Notes: generated from the sequence alone by a model not told the origin. A DNA stretch of 64,000 bases from Candidatus Multivorans sp. (GCA_965224025.1 OZ245033.1:512001-576000); one strand, 5' to 3'; shown: positions 27,705-38,957, counted from the first letter of the stretch. Numbers and translations are program-made.

Positions 27705-28397
27705 ATGATCGGGAAATCAGCAATCTTCGTTTTACTCGCTCTGCTCAGCCTGGCCGCCGCCCCGGCGTCGGCCGACGCTGAATACGCCCTCGACTTCGCG
27801 TCGGCCTACGTCTGGCGCGGAATCACCTTCACCGACGGCGCGGTGTTCCAGCCCTCCGTCACCGCCTCGAACGACAGCGGCTTCGCCATCAACGTCTGGG
27901 GCAGCCTCGACATCGACGACGCGAACGACATGAGCGGCGAGTTCAACGAGATCGATCTCACCGCCTCCTACGGCTTCGGTTCGGACGCCGTCTCGGCCGA
28001 AGTCGGGTTCATCGAGTACCTGTTTCCGAACACGCCCTTCGACGGCACCCGTGAGGTCTATCTGACCGTCGGCTGGGACATCACCGCCTCGCCCAGCGTT
28101 TCGCTCTACTACGACATCGACGAGGTCAAGGACTTCTACGCGAACGTCGGCGTCTCGTTCGGCGGCGACGTGAGCGACGCTCTGGCCTGGAGCATCGACG
28201 TCTCGGCCGGCCACGCCGGCGACGACTTCGCCGCGGCCTACGACGGCCTTTCCGGCGGCATGTACGACGGCAACGTCACCTTCGGCCTCTCCGGCGGCGC
28301 GTGGTCCGCGTTCGTCAGCTACGTCGACGCTCTGGACAGCGACGCGCTGCCGGAACAGCCGGTCGACTTCCTGGCCGGAATCGGTTTTTCTTTCTAG
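27705..28397 (+). CDS. Putative outer-membrane beta-barrel/porin (TorF/TIGR02001-like)
   Basis: Signal peptide; DFASAYVWRG...QPS, EIDLTASY, YLFP; C-terminal Phe (IGFSF); GAGGAGG RBS. Confidence 0.75.
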   Translation: MIGKSAIFVLLALLSLAAAPASADAEYALDFASAYVWRGITFTDGAVFQPSVTASNDSGFAINVWGSLDIDDANDMSGEFNEIDLTASYGFGSDAVSAEVGFIEYLFPNTPFDGTREVYLTVGWDITASPSVSLYYDIDEVKDFYANVGVSFGGDVSDALAWSIDVSAGHAGDDFAAAYDGLSGGMYDGNVTFGLSGGAWSAFVSYVDALDSDALPEQPVDFLAGIGFSF

Positions 28398-28440
28398 AGC
28401 GGTCGGCGCTCCGCGGCGCGTTGTTGTCCGCGGGTCAGAA

Positions 28441-28524
28441 CCCGGGTGGCGCGATCCGCGCCACCCGTGAACCAGTCCGGGCGCCCGTCAGCGGGCGCAC
28501 GGATGGCAGACCCGCGGCTACATC
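28441..28524. repeat. Palindromic intergenic repeat family B
   Basis: CCCGGGTGGCGCGATCCGCGCCACCCG...; ~80-nt homology with 35911-35991. Confidence 0.75.
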
Positions 28525-28588
28525 CGCTACGCCAGTCCCCGGGCGCAACCAGGCGCCCGAAGCTCGACGAGCTTCGGGCGCTTTCCCG

Positions 28589-29410
28589 TCATCGACCGGT
28601 GAACTGCGGCGCCCGCTTCTCCATGAAGGCCGTGACGCCCTCGCGGTGGTCGTCGGTCTCGCCGCAACGGATGTGCGAGATCGCCTCCCGGTCGAGGATG
28701 GACCGGAAGTCCTGCGTGACCGCCAAGTTTACGTTCTCCTTCATCCAGCGGTAACTAACCAGCGGCCCGTGGGCGAGCCGCGACGCGAACTCCATCCCTT
28801 CGGCGTGAAAGCTCTCCGCATCGTAGACGCGGTTCACCAAGCCGATTCGCCGTGCCTCTTCGGCATCGATGATGTCGGCCGTGAAGAACAGTTCCTTGGC
28901 GATCGCCGGGCCGACCAGGCGGGTCAACTGCCAGGTCGTCCCCCAGTCGCCGCCGAAGCCGACCTTCGAGTATGCGGTGCCGAACTTCGCCGTGCTCGAG
29001 GCCAGCCGCAGATCGCAGCTTGCCGCCAGGCCGAGACCGGCGCCCATGGCGAAGCCGTTGACCAGGGCGATCGTGACCTTGGGAACGGAGTGAACGAGCC
29101 AGGCGGCCTCCTGACCTTGCCGCAGACCGTCGATCCGCTCTTCGAGCGTCGCCGGAGCGCGGCCGCTCGACTTGCCCATGCCGGAGACGTCACCGCCGGC
29201 GCAGAAGGCGCGGCCTTCGCCGGTCAGCACAATCGTGCCGACATCGGGATCGGCCGCCAGCCGCGGCAGCTCCTCGTGGAGGCCGCTGGTGATCTCGGCG
29301 GACAGGGCGTTCAGCTTCTTGGGACGGTTGAACGTCAATAGGGCGACGCGATCCTGGACGTCGACCCGCAAGTCCGGTTCGGGAGTGCTCTTCATCTCGG
29401 CCACGGTCAT
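28589..29410 (-). CDS. Enoyl-CoA hydratase/isomerase family protein
   Basis: FNRPKKLNAL, GRAFCAGGD, NGFAMGAG, DHREGVTAFMEKRAPQF. Confidence 0.92.
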   Translation of the reverse strand: MTVAEMKSTPEPDLRVDVQDRVALLTFNRPKKLNALSAEITSGLHEELPRLAADPDVGTIVLTGEGRAFCAGGDVSGMGKSSGRAPATLEERIDGLRQGQEAAWLVHSVPKVTIALVNGFAMGAGLGLAASCDLRLASSTAKFGTAYSKVGFGGDWGTTWQLTRLVGPAIAKELFFTADIIDAEEARRIGLVNRVYDAESFHAEGMEFASRLAHGPLVSYRWMKENVNLAVTQDFRSILDREAISHIRCGETDDHREGVTAFMEKRAPQFTGR

Positions 29411-29675
29411 CTCGCGTTTCTCCTGGCTCCTGTTTCTCAGAGGAAGACCCGGAGTGTAGCCCGTCGAAGCGGATGCCGGCCTACGGCCGGCACGTTTTTT
29501 CTGGCCGCCCGCTTACGGGCGACGCCGCCAAGCGGCGAAACCCGTTGGAAACCAGCCGCCGGCCATAGGCCGGCGACCTTCTCTCATCGCGGCGCGCCAC
29601 ACGCGAACCAATGCGTGCGCCCGTTGGGGCGCACGCATTGGAACACTTCGCGCGCTCGCGCGTTGTAAGGGTGAA

Positions 29676-30341
29676 ATGCCGGTGGCCGCTCTCAGGCCCG
29701 ACCCGCTGGCGGTGCCGACGAAGCTCCGAAGCACCCCGGCGAAGATGACCGCCCCTGCCGGCGCGGCCCCCAGGGACCGCGCTGCGGACGACGGACGGCT
29801 CATGGCGCGTGTCAAGCAGGGCGACGAGCAGGCGTTCGCCGACTTGGTGGAGCGCTACAAGAACCGCCTCGTGAACTACCTGACCCAGATGACCCGCAGC
29901 CGCGAACGCGCCGAAGATCTGGCCCAGGACGCCTTCGTACGCGTCTACCGTTCGGCGGGCCGCTACCGGGAACGGGGCCAGTTCCAGGCGTACCTGTTCC
30001 GCATCGCCACGAACCAGCTTCGCAGCGAGGAACGCAAAGCCGCCCGCTGGCGCGGACTGCTGCCATCCCTGGCGGCGGAACACCGGCACCGTGCGCCGGT
30101 CCCCTCGCCGCAAAGAACAGCCCTGGGCGCCGAGGCGGTGGACGCCGTCACCAGAGCCATCCGACGGCTACCCCTTCACTACCGTGCACCGGTCGTGCTG
30201 AGGGAGATCGAAGGCTGGCCATACGCCCGCATTGCCAAGACGCTCGGGTGCCGAGAAGGAACAGTCAAGTCGAGGGTCCACCGCGGCAAGAACCTGCTTC
30301 GCGAAGACTTGTGCGAGTACTGGAACGGAGGACAGAGATGA
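29676..30341 (+). CDS. ECF sigma-70 factor (start may be 29745)
   Basis: AEDLAQDAFVR, YLFRIATN, LREIEG..YARIA..LG..EGTVKSRVHRG. Confidence 0.9.
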   Translation: MPVAALRPDPLAVPTKLRSTPAKMTAPAGAAPRDRAADDGRLMARVKQGDEQAFADLVERYKNRLVNYLTQMTRSRERAEDLAQDAFVRVYRSAGRYRERGQFQAYLFRIATNQLRSEERKAARWRGLLPSLAAEHRHRAPVPSPQRTALGAEAVDAVTRAIRRLPLHYRAPVVLREIEGWPYARIAKTLGCREGTVKSRVHRGKNLLREDLCEYWNGGQR

Positions 30342-30769
30342 AGGACTCTGACGGAGTCCATCGCGGACTCCCGGATCTGAAACGCCTGCCCCGCGTCGAT
30401 GCTTCGGCGGACTTCACCGCCGGGGTTCTACGGCGTGTCCGGACCGATGAAGCCCGCCGGCCTGTGCCGCGTTTGCGTCTGGCCGTCGCCTGCGTCGCGG
30501 TCGTCGTCGCCTCGGCCGCCGCCGGTGCCTGGTGGGCACGGCAGTCGGCGCCGGAACCGGCGCCGATCACGGCTGAAAGCATCGAGCAATTCAAGTTCGA
30601 GCATCAGGAGCTGATCCAGGAACTGGAGTCCCTGCGCCGCCTCGCCGAAGACACCCAGCCCTTCGTGCCGGTGTCCATCGATCCTCAGACTGAGGTCCTC
30701 TTCGACCTGCGTGACATCGAACCGCTTCCCGTTCGCTACGCGGCTGCTTCCAGCCGGAGAATTCAATAG
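30338..30769 (+). CDS. Putative single-pass anti-sigma factor
   Basis: ATGA overlap with the sigma gene; LPRVDASADFTAGVL then one TM helix. Confidence 0.65.
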   Translation: MKDSDGVHRGLPDLKRLPRVDASADFTAGVLRRVRTDEARRPVPRLRLAVACVAVVVASAAAGAWWARQSAPEPAPITAESIEQFKFEHQELIQELESLRRLAEDTQPFVPVSIDPQTEVLFDLRDIEPLPVRYAAASSRRIQ

Positions 30770-30779
30770 GAGATCCGTT

Positions 30780-31664
30780 ATGACCACGACCCGTTTCTTC
30801 GTTCCCCGTCTGCCATCGGGCACCGCCCGCCGACCCACCCTCGCGACGCTCCTGGCCGCGGCCCTGGCCTTGGGCTTCGGCCCCGCGACCTTCGCGCAGG
30901 AAGCCGAAGAAGAGGAGCGCTCCGTCCGCGTCATGGTGCTCGGAGACGGGCAGGTCGAGGTCCTGGAGGATGCCGAGAACGCCCGCGTCCTGGCAGTCAA
31001 GCTCGCCGCTTCGGCCCAGGAGGCTCAGGTGAAGGCCCGGGAGATGGCCCATCGGTTCCAGCCGACACTCGCCCTTCATTGGGGCGGCGCCTATCTGGGA
31101 GTCGAACTCGTCAATCTGAACGAGCCGCTGCGAGCCCACTTCGGAGTCCCCGAAGGCAGCGGAGTCCTGGTTTCCAACGTCGTCGAGGGCAGCCCGGCGG
31201 CCCGCGCAGGTGTCCTGGTCGGCGACATCCTGACCGGCTTTGACGGCGAGGACGTAGCGAGTTCCCGGCGACTCACCTCAATGGTCCGGCGCGCCGAGGC
31301 CGGCGACCCTGCCGATCTTGAGATCTGGCGCGACGGCAAGGTCGAGACGCTCAGCACGACCCTGGACGAACGACCTCGCCCCGACCTCAGAGCGGATTCC
31401 TTCTCCTTCTCCTTCCGTGGCCGTGAGGATCTTGACGGCGACGGCGAGGTCGACGTGTTCGTAGGACCCGAGGACGTGCACGAGAAGATCCAGGAGTACT
31501 TCAACGGCGACGAGTGGAAGGAGCGCCACGAACACGTGCAGCGTTTCCTCCACGAGCGGCGCCCCGACATGACAGCACTGGAGGAGCGCCTTGAGACCTT
31601 GAAGAAGCGGCTGGCAGAGCTAGAACAGCGGCTGGAAGACAGGCGCCCCAACAACGAGAACTAG
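30780..31664 (+). CDS. Exported PDZ-domain protein with C-terminal coiled coil (no protease domain)
   Basis: Signal peptide; AYLGV...GVLVSNVVEGSPAARAG...GDIL. Confidence 0.8.
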   Translation: MTTTRFFVPRLPSGTARRPTLATLLAAALALGFGPATFAQEAEEEERSVRVMVLGDGQVEVLEDAENARVLAVKLAASAQEAQVKAREMAHRFQPTLALHWGGAYLGVELVNLNEPLRAHFGVPEGSGVLVSNVVEGSPAARAGVLVGDILTGFDGEDVASSRRLTSMVRRAEAGDPADLEIWRDGKVETLSTTLDERPRPDLRADSFSFSFRGREDLDGDGEVDVFVGPEDVHEKIQEYFNGDEWKERHEHVQRFLHERRPDMTALEERLETLKKRLAELEQRLEDRRPNNEN

Positions 31665-31691
31665 GCCGCCACACCTTTCTCCAAGGGCGCG

Positions 31692-32080
31692 CTAGTCCTG
31701 CTCGAGACCGACACGGCGCCGAAGGGCACCTAGCAGCTCGAGATGCCCTTGGCCATGGTCATGATGTCGGGATCGATGCTGAAGTGGTCCATGGCGCACC
31801 ACTTGCCGGTGCGGCCGAACCCGGTGATGATCTCGTCGGTGATGATCAGCAAGCCGTAGCGGTCGCAGATTTCCCGGATCGGCGATGGAGGGGTGCGTGT
31901 AGGCGTAGTTCTCGAGCTGGGCCGCGATGGCCCGCTTCATCCTCGGGTGGTTGTGCGGCAGGTTGACCGCGATCGGCCCGCCCGAGGCATCGAAGTAGCG
32001 GTTGCCGTCCCTGTCGTAGATGAAGACGCCTTCGGCGCGCCGATCTCGACGTCCATCGGGTGGTAGGAGAACGCATGGCG
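31692..32080 (-). pseudogene. Collapsed remnant of a class III aminotransferase
   Basis: Fragments in several frames: AEGVFIYDRDGNRYFDAS, HNHPRM, ICDRYGLLIITDEIITGFGRTG, PDIMTMAKG. Confidence 0.75.
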
Positions 32081-32371
32081 CCAGTCGCCTTCGGGACGGA
32101 GAGTCTGGGACAGAGGGTGCGCTGCGGTCGCGGGAGCGGTTGCCACGGCGTCGATCCTGTGGACGTGGAGTGAAGGGCGGATCACAGCAACCCGCCGTTT
32201 GGCTTCGACACGCTGAGCCACGCGCTCGCCACCCGCCCCCATCGGTTGGTTCCCCTATGCTGCTACCGTTCCGTAGTGTGCATCTTGAAGGCGCACACTA
32301 CGGTTCCCAGGTGGCGCGGAGCGCGCCACCTGGGTTCCGCTTCCCCGCCGGACCGCCGGTCGGAACGAACA

Positions 32372-33889
32372 ATGTCCCAACCCACAGGCAGCGAACGGAT
32401 GGAACGCATCGTGGCGCTCGCCAAGCGCCGCGGCTTCGTGTTCCCGGCGTCCGAGATCTACGGCGGCATCAACGGGTTCTGGGACTACGGCCCGCTCGGC
32501 GTTCAGCTCAAGAACAACCTGCGCGACGCCTGGTGGCGCGACATGGTCGAGAGCCCGCCGATCGGCCCGGACGGCAGTCCGCTGTCCATCGTAGGCATCG
32601 ATTCGTCGATCATCCAGAACCCACGGGCATGGGAGGCGAGCGGCCACGTCGGCGGCTTCTCCGACCCGATGGTCGACTGCCGGCAGACCAAGGCCCGCTT
32701 CCGGGCGGACCACCTGCACGTGCTGCGGCCGAAGCGCGATCAGGACCCGCCGGCGTACTTCGCCTACCTCGAGGGCGAACCGGCGCCGGCGCTCAGGACG
32801 GCGCGCAAGGCGATGCGCGGCCGGCCCACCCTGGACGACTTCGAGTCGCTGCCGCTGGCCGAGCTCGACGCCGCCGAGCGTGACCACGTGTGGGCGCCAG
32901 GCGCCTCGGCGCCGGGGACGCTGACCGAGGCCCGGGACTTCAACCTGATGTTCAAGACCTTTGTCGGCGCCGCTTCCGGCGAGGAGAACACCGCCTACCT
33001 GCGGCCCGAGACGGCCCAGGGCATCTTCCTGAACTACAAGGGCGTGCTGGACACGTCGAGGGTGCGGCTTCCCTTCGGCATCGCCCAGATCGGCAAGGCC
33101 TTCCGGAACGAGGTGACGCCGAGGAACTACATCTTCCGCACCCGTGAGTTCGAGCAGATGGAGATGGAGTGGTTCTGCCACCCGTCCGAGGCCAAGCTCT
33201 GGTTCGAGTTCTGGACCCAGGCGCGGATGGACTGGTGGAGCGGCCTGGGCCTGGCCGGCGACCGGCTGCGCCTGCGCCGCCACGAAGCGTCCGAACTGGC
33301 CCACTACGCCCAGACCGGCGAGGGCACCTTCGACGTCGAGTACCAGTACCCGTTCACCGAGCCGGGTTTCGGCGAGCTCGAGGGAGTGGCCCACCGCGGC
33401 AGCTTCGACCTGGAGCAGCACCAGCAGTGGAGCGGCGTCAACCTCACGACCTTCGATCAGCAGACGCGCGAGCGCTTCGTGCCCCACGTGATCGAACCCG
33501 CCGCCGGCCTGACCCGGGGCGTGCTGGCGCTGCTTTGCGAGGCGTACACCGTCGACGAGAGCCGGCCCTCGTCCGAACTCATGCGTTTCCCGCACCGCTT
33601 GGCGCCGATTCACGCCGGCGTCTTCCCCTTGGTGAACAAGGGCGGAATGCCCGAGATCGCGGAGGCGCTCTACCTGGAACTTCGCCGCTACTACCGCATC
33701 CAGTACGACGCGAAGCAGTCGATCGGCAAACGCTACGCGCGAATGGACGAGGCCGGCACTCCCTGTTGCTTCACCATCGACGGCCAGACACTCGATGACC
33801 AGACGGTAACCGTCCGCGACCGCGACACCGGCGCCCAGGAGCGAATCGCGTTGGACGCCGCGTCACGGTACCTGCACGACCGTCCCTAG
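32372..33889 (+). CDS. glyS: Glycine--tRNA ligase, homodimeric (alpha2) type
   Basis: KRRGF..SEIYGG...DYGPLG, ASGHVGGFSDP, YLRPETAQG, FRNEVTPRNYIFRTREFEQME, IGKRYARMDEAGTP. Confidence 0.93.
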   Translation: MSQPTGSERMERIVALAKRRGFVFPASEIYGGINGFWDYGPLGVQLKNNLRDAWWRDMVESPPIGPDGSPLSIVGIDSSIIQNPRAWEASGHVGGFSDPMVDCRQTKARFRADHLHVLRPKRDQDPPAYFAYLEGEPAPALRTARKAMRGRPTLDDFESLPLAELDAAERDHVWAPGASAPGTLTEARDFNLMFKTFVGAASGEENTAYLRPETAQGIFLNYKGVLDTSRVRLPFGIAQIGKAFRNEVTPRNYIFRTREFEQMEMEWFCHPSEAKLWFEFWTQARMDWWSGLGLAGDRLRLRRHEASELAHYAQTGEGTFDVEYQYPFTEPGFGELEGVAHRGSFDLEQHQQWSGVNLTTFDQQTRERFVPHVIEPAAGLTRGVLALLCEAYTVDESRPSSELMRFPHRLAPIHAGVFPLVNKGGMPEIAEALYLELRRYYRIQYDAKQSIGKRYARMDEAGTPCCFTIDGQTLDDQTVTVRDRDTGAQERIALDAASRYLHDRP

Positions 33890-34453
33890 AGCCGCGCCAT
33901 CCTGGCGCGGCCGGGCGCCGCGACCGGTCCACGTTGTCGTGTACGGGGGGCGGCTCTCGGGTCGGTGGAAGCGGAGCGGAGGAGGTCCGTTGGAAGGATC
34001 CTGGAAGGCTCACCCGGAGACAACCGAGCGAGTTGGAAGATCCGAGCAGGAGGCTGAACCGGCAAGTAGTGGCGCAGGCGAACGGCTGGAACAAGCGTCG
34101 TTAGTACGCGGCCGCGCCGCCGGTCGGCTCTCGGGTTACTGGCAGGACTGTTGGTGAGGGACCTCCTCCGGTGTGTTCCACTCTTCTCGGGACGACGCTT
34201 GCAGTCCCGACACACAGGGGTCAAGCAAGCGTCGTGCCAGAACGGTCAAGCGGCCGCTAGGAGGTCTGTTCCGCCGCGGCCTTCTGGGCCGTGCGCCGCG
34301 GGGTGCGCCGCCGGTCGAGGCGGCTGTGACCTCGATCGGCGGAGGACATGCTTGGCTTGAACGAAGGTAGCGGAATGGGGTTCGGAGAAGCGCCGTGCCA
34401 GGCGCTGCACGCCTCCAAGCCGCCCTAGCGCTGACGGGCAGAACTACCGGAGG

Positions 34454-34497
34454 CCGGCGCTTCGCGCCGGATGCGGGCAGGATGCCCGCGTTCCCAG
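34454..34497 (+). repeat. REP-like element family A (empty copy)
   Basis: CCGGCGCTTCGCGCCGGATGCGGGCAGGATGCCCGCGTTCCCAG. Confidence 0.8.
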
Positions 34498-34540
34498 GTC
34501 AGATCCTTCTTCCGCGCAGTGTCTTAGTAAGGTTCCAAGC

Positions 34541-34978
34541 ATGACCGCCGCCGACCACCAAGGCCTAAGCGGCCTTCACAAGACCTTCTACCGCATCGTG
34601 CAGTGCATCCCCGAGGGCCGTGTCGCCACCTACGGCCAGATCGCCGATCTCGCCGAACGTCCCCGCAATGCCCGGCAGGTCGGCAATGCCCTTGCCCGAC
34701 TAGGAGTTTGCGCCGCGGAACGCGGCGAAGCGAGTTCTGAGACGCAAGGTCATGGTGAGGACGGGATGGGTCGAAAGTCCGAGTCTGCGAGGCGTTTCGG
34801 GGCGGGGGACGACAGCGTGCCCTGGCACCGGGTGGTCAACGCCCGCGGCGAGGTCAGCGAACGCGGTCTCGACCCTCTGGAGAGCGTGGACCGGCAGCGC
34901 TTTTTCCTCAAAGAGGAGGGCATCGTGTTCGATCGGTGCGGCCGCATTGATCTGGACCGTTTCGGGTGGGCGCCATGA
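34541..34978 (+). CDS. Alkyltransferase-like protein (MGMT/ATL family)
   Basis: IPEGRVATYGQIA...ARQVGNAL; PWHRVV (Trp in place of the catalytic Cys). Confidence 0.88.
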   Translation: MTAADHQGLSGLHKTFYRIVQCIPEGRVATYGQIADLAERPRNARQVGNALARLGVCAAERGEASSETQGHGEDGMGRKSESARRFGAGDDSVPWHRVVNARGEVSERGLDPLESVDRQRFFLKEEGIVFDRCGRIDLDRFGWAP

Positions 34979-35907
34979 TCGCGCGGCGCCGACCGCGCCC
35001 GCCGGCTCTCCTTGCTTTGATCGGCATCGCCGCCGTTTTCGGCTGCGCCGGTTCGCCGGAGGAGTCGACGCGGGCCGTGACTTCGGAGCCGGCCTCTTCG
35101 ACCGCGCCCGAACCGGCGCCCCAACCCCCGCCCGAGGGCATGGTGCACGTACCCGCCGGCGCCGTGCCCCGCTCCGGAGGGGAACGCGAGGTCGCTGGCT
35201 TCGACCTGGACGCCTACGAGGTCACGAACCGGGACTTCGCCGCATTCGTCGACGCGACCGGCTTCGTCACCGAGGCCGAGCGTTGGGGCTGGTCCCTCGT
35301 CTTCCACCCCGAAGAGACGGCGAACCCCGAACTAGAGCAACGGCTGGTGGAAACACCTTGGTGGCTGGGCGTCAACGGCGCCGACTGGCGACATCCCCGC
35401 GGCCACGGCGCCGAGGCCGAGCCAGATCTCCCGGTCGTGCACGTCAGTTGGGGAGACGCCGTCGCATTCTGCGCCTGGCGCGGTAAGCGGCTGCCGACCG
35501 AGGCCGAATGGGACCTCGCAGCGGCAGCCGGCAACGACGGCGCCGGTCACGCCCACTACCCCTGGGGCGACGAACCCGCCCCCGAGGGCGAATGGGTGGC
35601 AAACGTGTGGCAGGGAGACGACTTCCCGAATCGAGATGAGGCCGCGGATGGGCACGCCTACCTGGCGCCGGTCGGCTCCTATCCCTCGAACGCGCTTGGC
35701 GCCTTCGACCTCGGCGGCAACGTGTGGGAGTGGGTAGACGACTGGTACCTGCCCGGCGGCGCCGGCGGCCACAAGGTCCTCAAGGGTGGCTCCTGGCTCT
35801 GCGCCGCGAGCTACTGCGAGGGCTACCGCAACGCGAACCGCAACCACTCGCTTCCCGACTCAGGTCTCGACAACACCGGCTTCCGCTGCGCCCGCAACCT
35901 GCGCTGA
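34975..35907 (+). CDS. Formylglycine-generating enzyme family lipoprotein
   Basis: Lipobox AVFGC; EVTN, PVVHVSW, RLPTEAEW, GNVWEW, KGGSWLCAASYC, TGFRC. Confidence 0.88.
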   Translation: MIARRRPRPPALLALIGIAAVFGCAGSPEESTRAVTSEPASSTAPEPAPQPPPEGMVHVPAGAVPRSGGEREVAGFDLDAYEVTNRDFAAFVDATGFVTEAERWGWSLVFHPEETANPELEQRLVETPWWLGVNGADWRHPRGHGAEAEPDLPVVHVSWGDAVAFCAWRGKRLPTEAEWDLAAAAGNDGAGHAHYPWGDEPAPEGEWVANVWQGDDFPNRDEAADGHAYLAPVGSYPSNALGAFDLGGNVWEWVDDWYLPGGAGGHKVLKGGSWLCAASYCEGYRNANRNHSLPDSGLDNTGFRCARNLR

Positions 35908-35910
35908 GAT

Positions 35911-35991
35911 CCCGGGTGGCGCGGCCCGCGCCACCCGCGAACCACTCCGGGCGCGAGTCTGCGGGCGCGCGGATGGAGCCCAGCGACCATC
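35911..35991. repeat. Palindromic intergenic repeat family B, second copy
   Basis: CCCGGGTGGCGCGGCCCGCGCCACCCG..., homologous to 28441-28524. Confidence 0.75.
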
Positions 35992-36283
35992 AGGCGGCCG
36001 ACTTGCCCCGCCCATAAAGTCCTGTCCTACAGGCATTTGTGGGCAGACTTGCGCCCGCTTCGCCGGGCTCCGGACTACGCATTTCAACGAATATTCAGGA
36101 ATTCATGAAACTTCCAACAATTCAAGCACGGTTCGAAAAGAAAAACTGTTGAAGTGCCGATCAATTCGTGCTACCGTCCGCAAACCTATTCTTTCGTAGT
36201 GGACGAGCCAACGTCCATTCGCCGCGATTCCGCAAATCGAGTACCCCGCGGAGGGGTCGACGACTTCAAGAGGGAGAACCGAA

Positions 36284-37387
<1,104 letters not shown>

Positions 37388-37422
37388 AGTCGACCCGCGA
37401 CCGCCCTCCGGGTGGCCGCGGG

Positions 37423-37980
37423 CTACGGTTCCCTGGACTCCGTAGCCCGCGCCATCCGCTTCAACTGCTCGGCGAACTCGCCGAGCACTTCAGCGGCGAT
37501 GTCGATCTGCGTCTGGGCCTCGTCCCATTCACTCTGTTCGATCGCCTCCCGCACTCCCGGCAGCGTCTTCACGCCGTAGCCGGTGTAGAGACCGGGCGAA
37601 TACAGGTGGTGCCGGAACCAGGGACGGCCCGGCAGACCGTGGGCTCGCGTCAATAGCCTTTCGCTGCCCAGGATGAGTTCGTCGAGTTCTTCCTGCGCGG
37701 CCTCTTCGCCGTTCCGAGCCGCCGATGCCAGCGACTCGTCGGCAGACCCGGCCGCGCGCACGAGCCGATCGTGCGCGTTCCTGAGCGGTGCGAAGTTCAG
37801 ATACGGGGCCGGCGCTTGAGCTTCCGGCTCCACGAAGGGCCGGGTCGGATCCGCCGCCAACCGGAAGGCCCCGCTCCGCACCAATTCGCCCTCCCGTTCC
37901 AGCTGCGTCCGTTCGTTCGCGGCAAGCTCGACGACCTCGTCGATGTAGCGGCCGACAGTCGCCGCGGTGGCGCCGAACTC
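37423..37980 (-). pseudogene. C-terminal fragment of an M28 glutamate carboxypeptidase (transferrin-receptor-like dimerisation domain)
   Basis: ERLLT..GLPGRPWFRHHLYSPGLYTGYGVKTLPGVREAI; N-terminal catalytic part absent. Confidence 0.75.
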
Positions 37981-38030
37981 GGCACCGAAGCCACGGTCAG
38001 GCCGAGGGCCAGCAGCGGAGCGACGGCACC

Positions 38031-38073
38031 CGGAATGCCGGCCAGAATGCCGGCGTACCTGTACCTTTCTCGG
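38031..38073 (+). mobile_element. Orphan IS110 left junction (REP half plus first 14 nt of the IS)
   Basis: GCCGGCGTACCTGTACCTTTCTCGG (38049-38073) identical to 22728-22752. Confidence 0.8.
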
Positions 38074-38099
38074 CGGAGCTCTGAAGCAGACGTCTCATC

Positions 38100-38957
38100 T
38101 CATACCCCCCGATCCGCCGCCGCCAGCACTGTGTTCCGCAGCAGCATCGCCACGGTGGTGGGCCCCACGCCGCCGAGACGCGGGGTGATCCAGCTCGCCA
38201 CCTCGCCGACCGACTCGTCGACGTCGGGCAGAAGCTTCCTCCCCTCCCAACTGATGCCGCCGCTGACCACGACCGCGCCGGGCTTGATCATCTCCGGCTG
38301 AACGAATCGCGGCACGCCCAGGGCCGCGACCACGATGTCGGCCCGGCGTGTGAAGGGCGCCACGTCCCGGGCGCCGGTATGCACGACGGTGACTACGGCG
38401 TTCGCCCCCGGCTGCTTCAGGGTCAGCAGCAGGGACAGCGGGCGTCCGAGGGTCGGCCCCCGGCCCAGGACCACGACCTCGCGACCGCCGATGTCGATGC
38501 CGTAGTGGACGAGCATCGCCTGGATTCCGGCCGGCGTGCAGGGCACCGGCCCGCGCTCCTGGAGCACCAGCTTGCCCAGGTTGGCCGGGTGCAGGCCGTC
38601 GGCGTCCTTCTTCGGATCCATGCGCGCCAGGGCCTCGTTGAAGTCGAAACCGGCGGGGACCGGGTGCTGGATGATGTAGGCGTCGACTTCCGGGTCCGCG
38701 TTGAAGCGGTTGACGGCGGCGAGCAGTGCGGTCTGGCCGGCGTCCTCCGGTATCTCTGCGTTGAACGACGCGATCCCGACCTCCTCGCAGGTCTCGTGCT
38801 TCTTGCGGACGTAGCCGCTGGACGCCGCGTCGTCGCCGACCAGGATCGTGCCCAGACCGGGGCGAATGCCGGCCGCGTGAAGTTCTTCGACCCGCTCCGC
38901 GACTTCGGCGAGTACCGCCTCGGCGACCGGTTGGCCTGCAAGCAATTGAGCTGTCAT
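38100..38957 (-). CDS. folD: Bifunctional methylene-THF dehydrogenase/cyclohydrolase
   Basis: ILVGDDAAS..YVRKK, KDADGLHP.NLG, PCTPAGI, ITPRLGGVGPTTVAML. Confidence 0.93.
   Translation of the reverse strand: MTAQLLAGQPVAEAVLAEVAERVEELHAAGIRPGLGTILVGDDAASSGYVRKKHETCEEVGIASFNAEIPEDAGQTALLAAVNRFNADPEVDAYIIQHPVPAGFDFNEALARMDPKKDADGLHPANLGKLVLQERGPVPCTPAGIQAMLVHYGIDIGGREVVVLGRGPTLGRPLSLLLTLKQPGANAVVTVVHTGARDVAPFTRRADIVVAALGVPRFVQPEMIKPGAVVVSGGISWEGRKLLPDVDESVGEVASWITPRLGGVGPTTVAMLLRNTVLAAADRGV

Noticed and set aside
33890-34540. Hidden gene, T-box or riboswitch downstream of glyS
   Set aside because: Only short palindromes and a REP; no credible ORF or recognisable RNA motif
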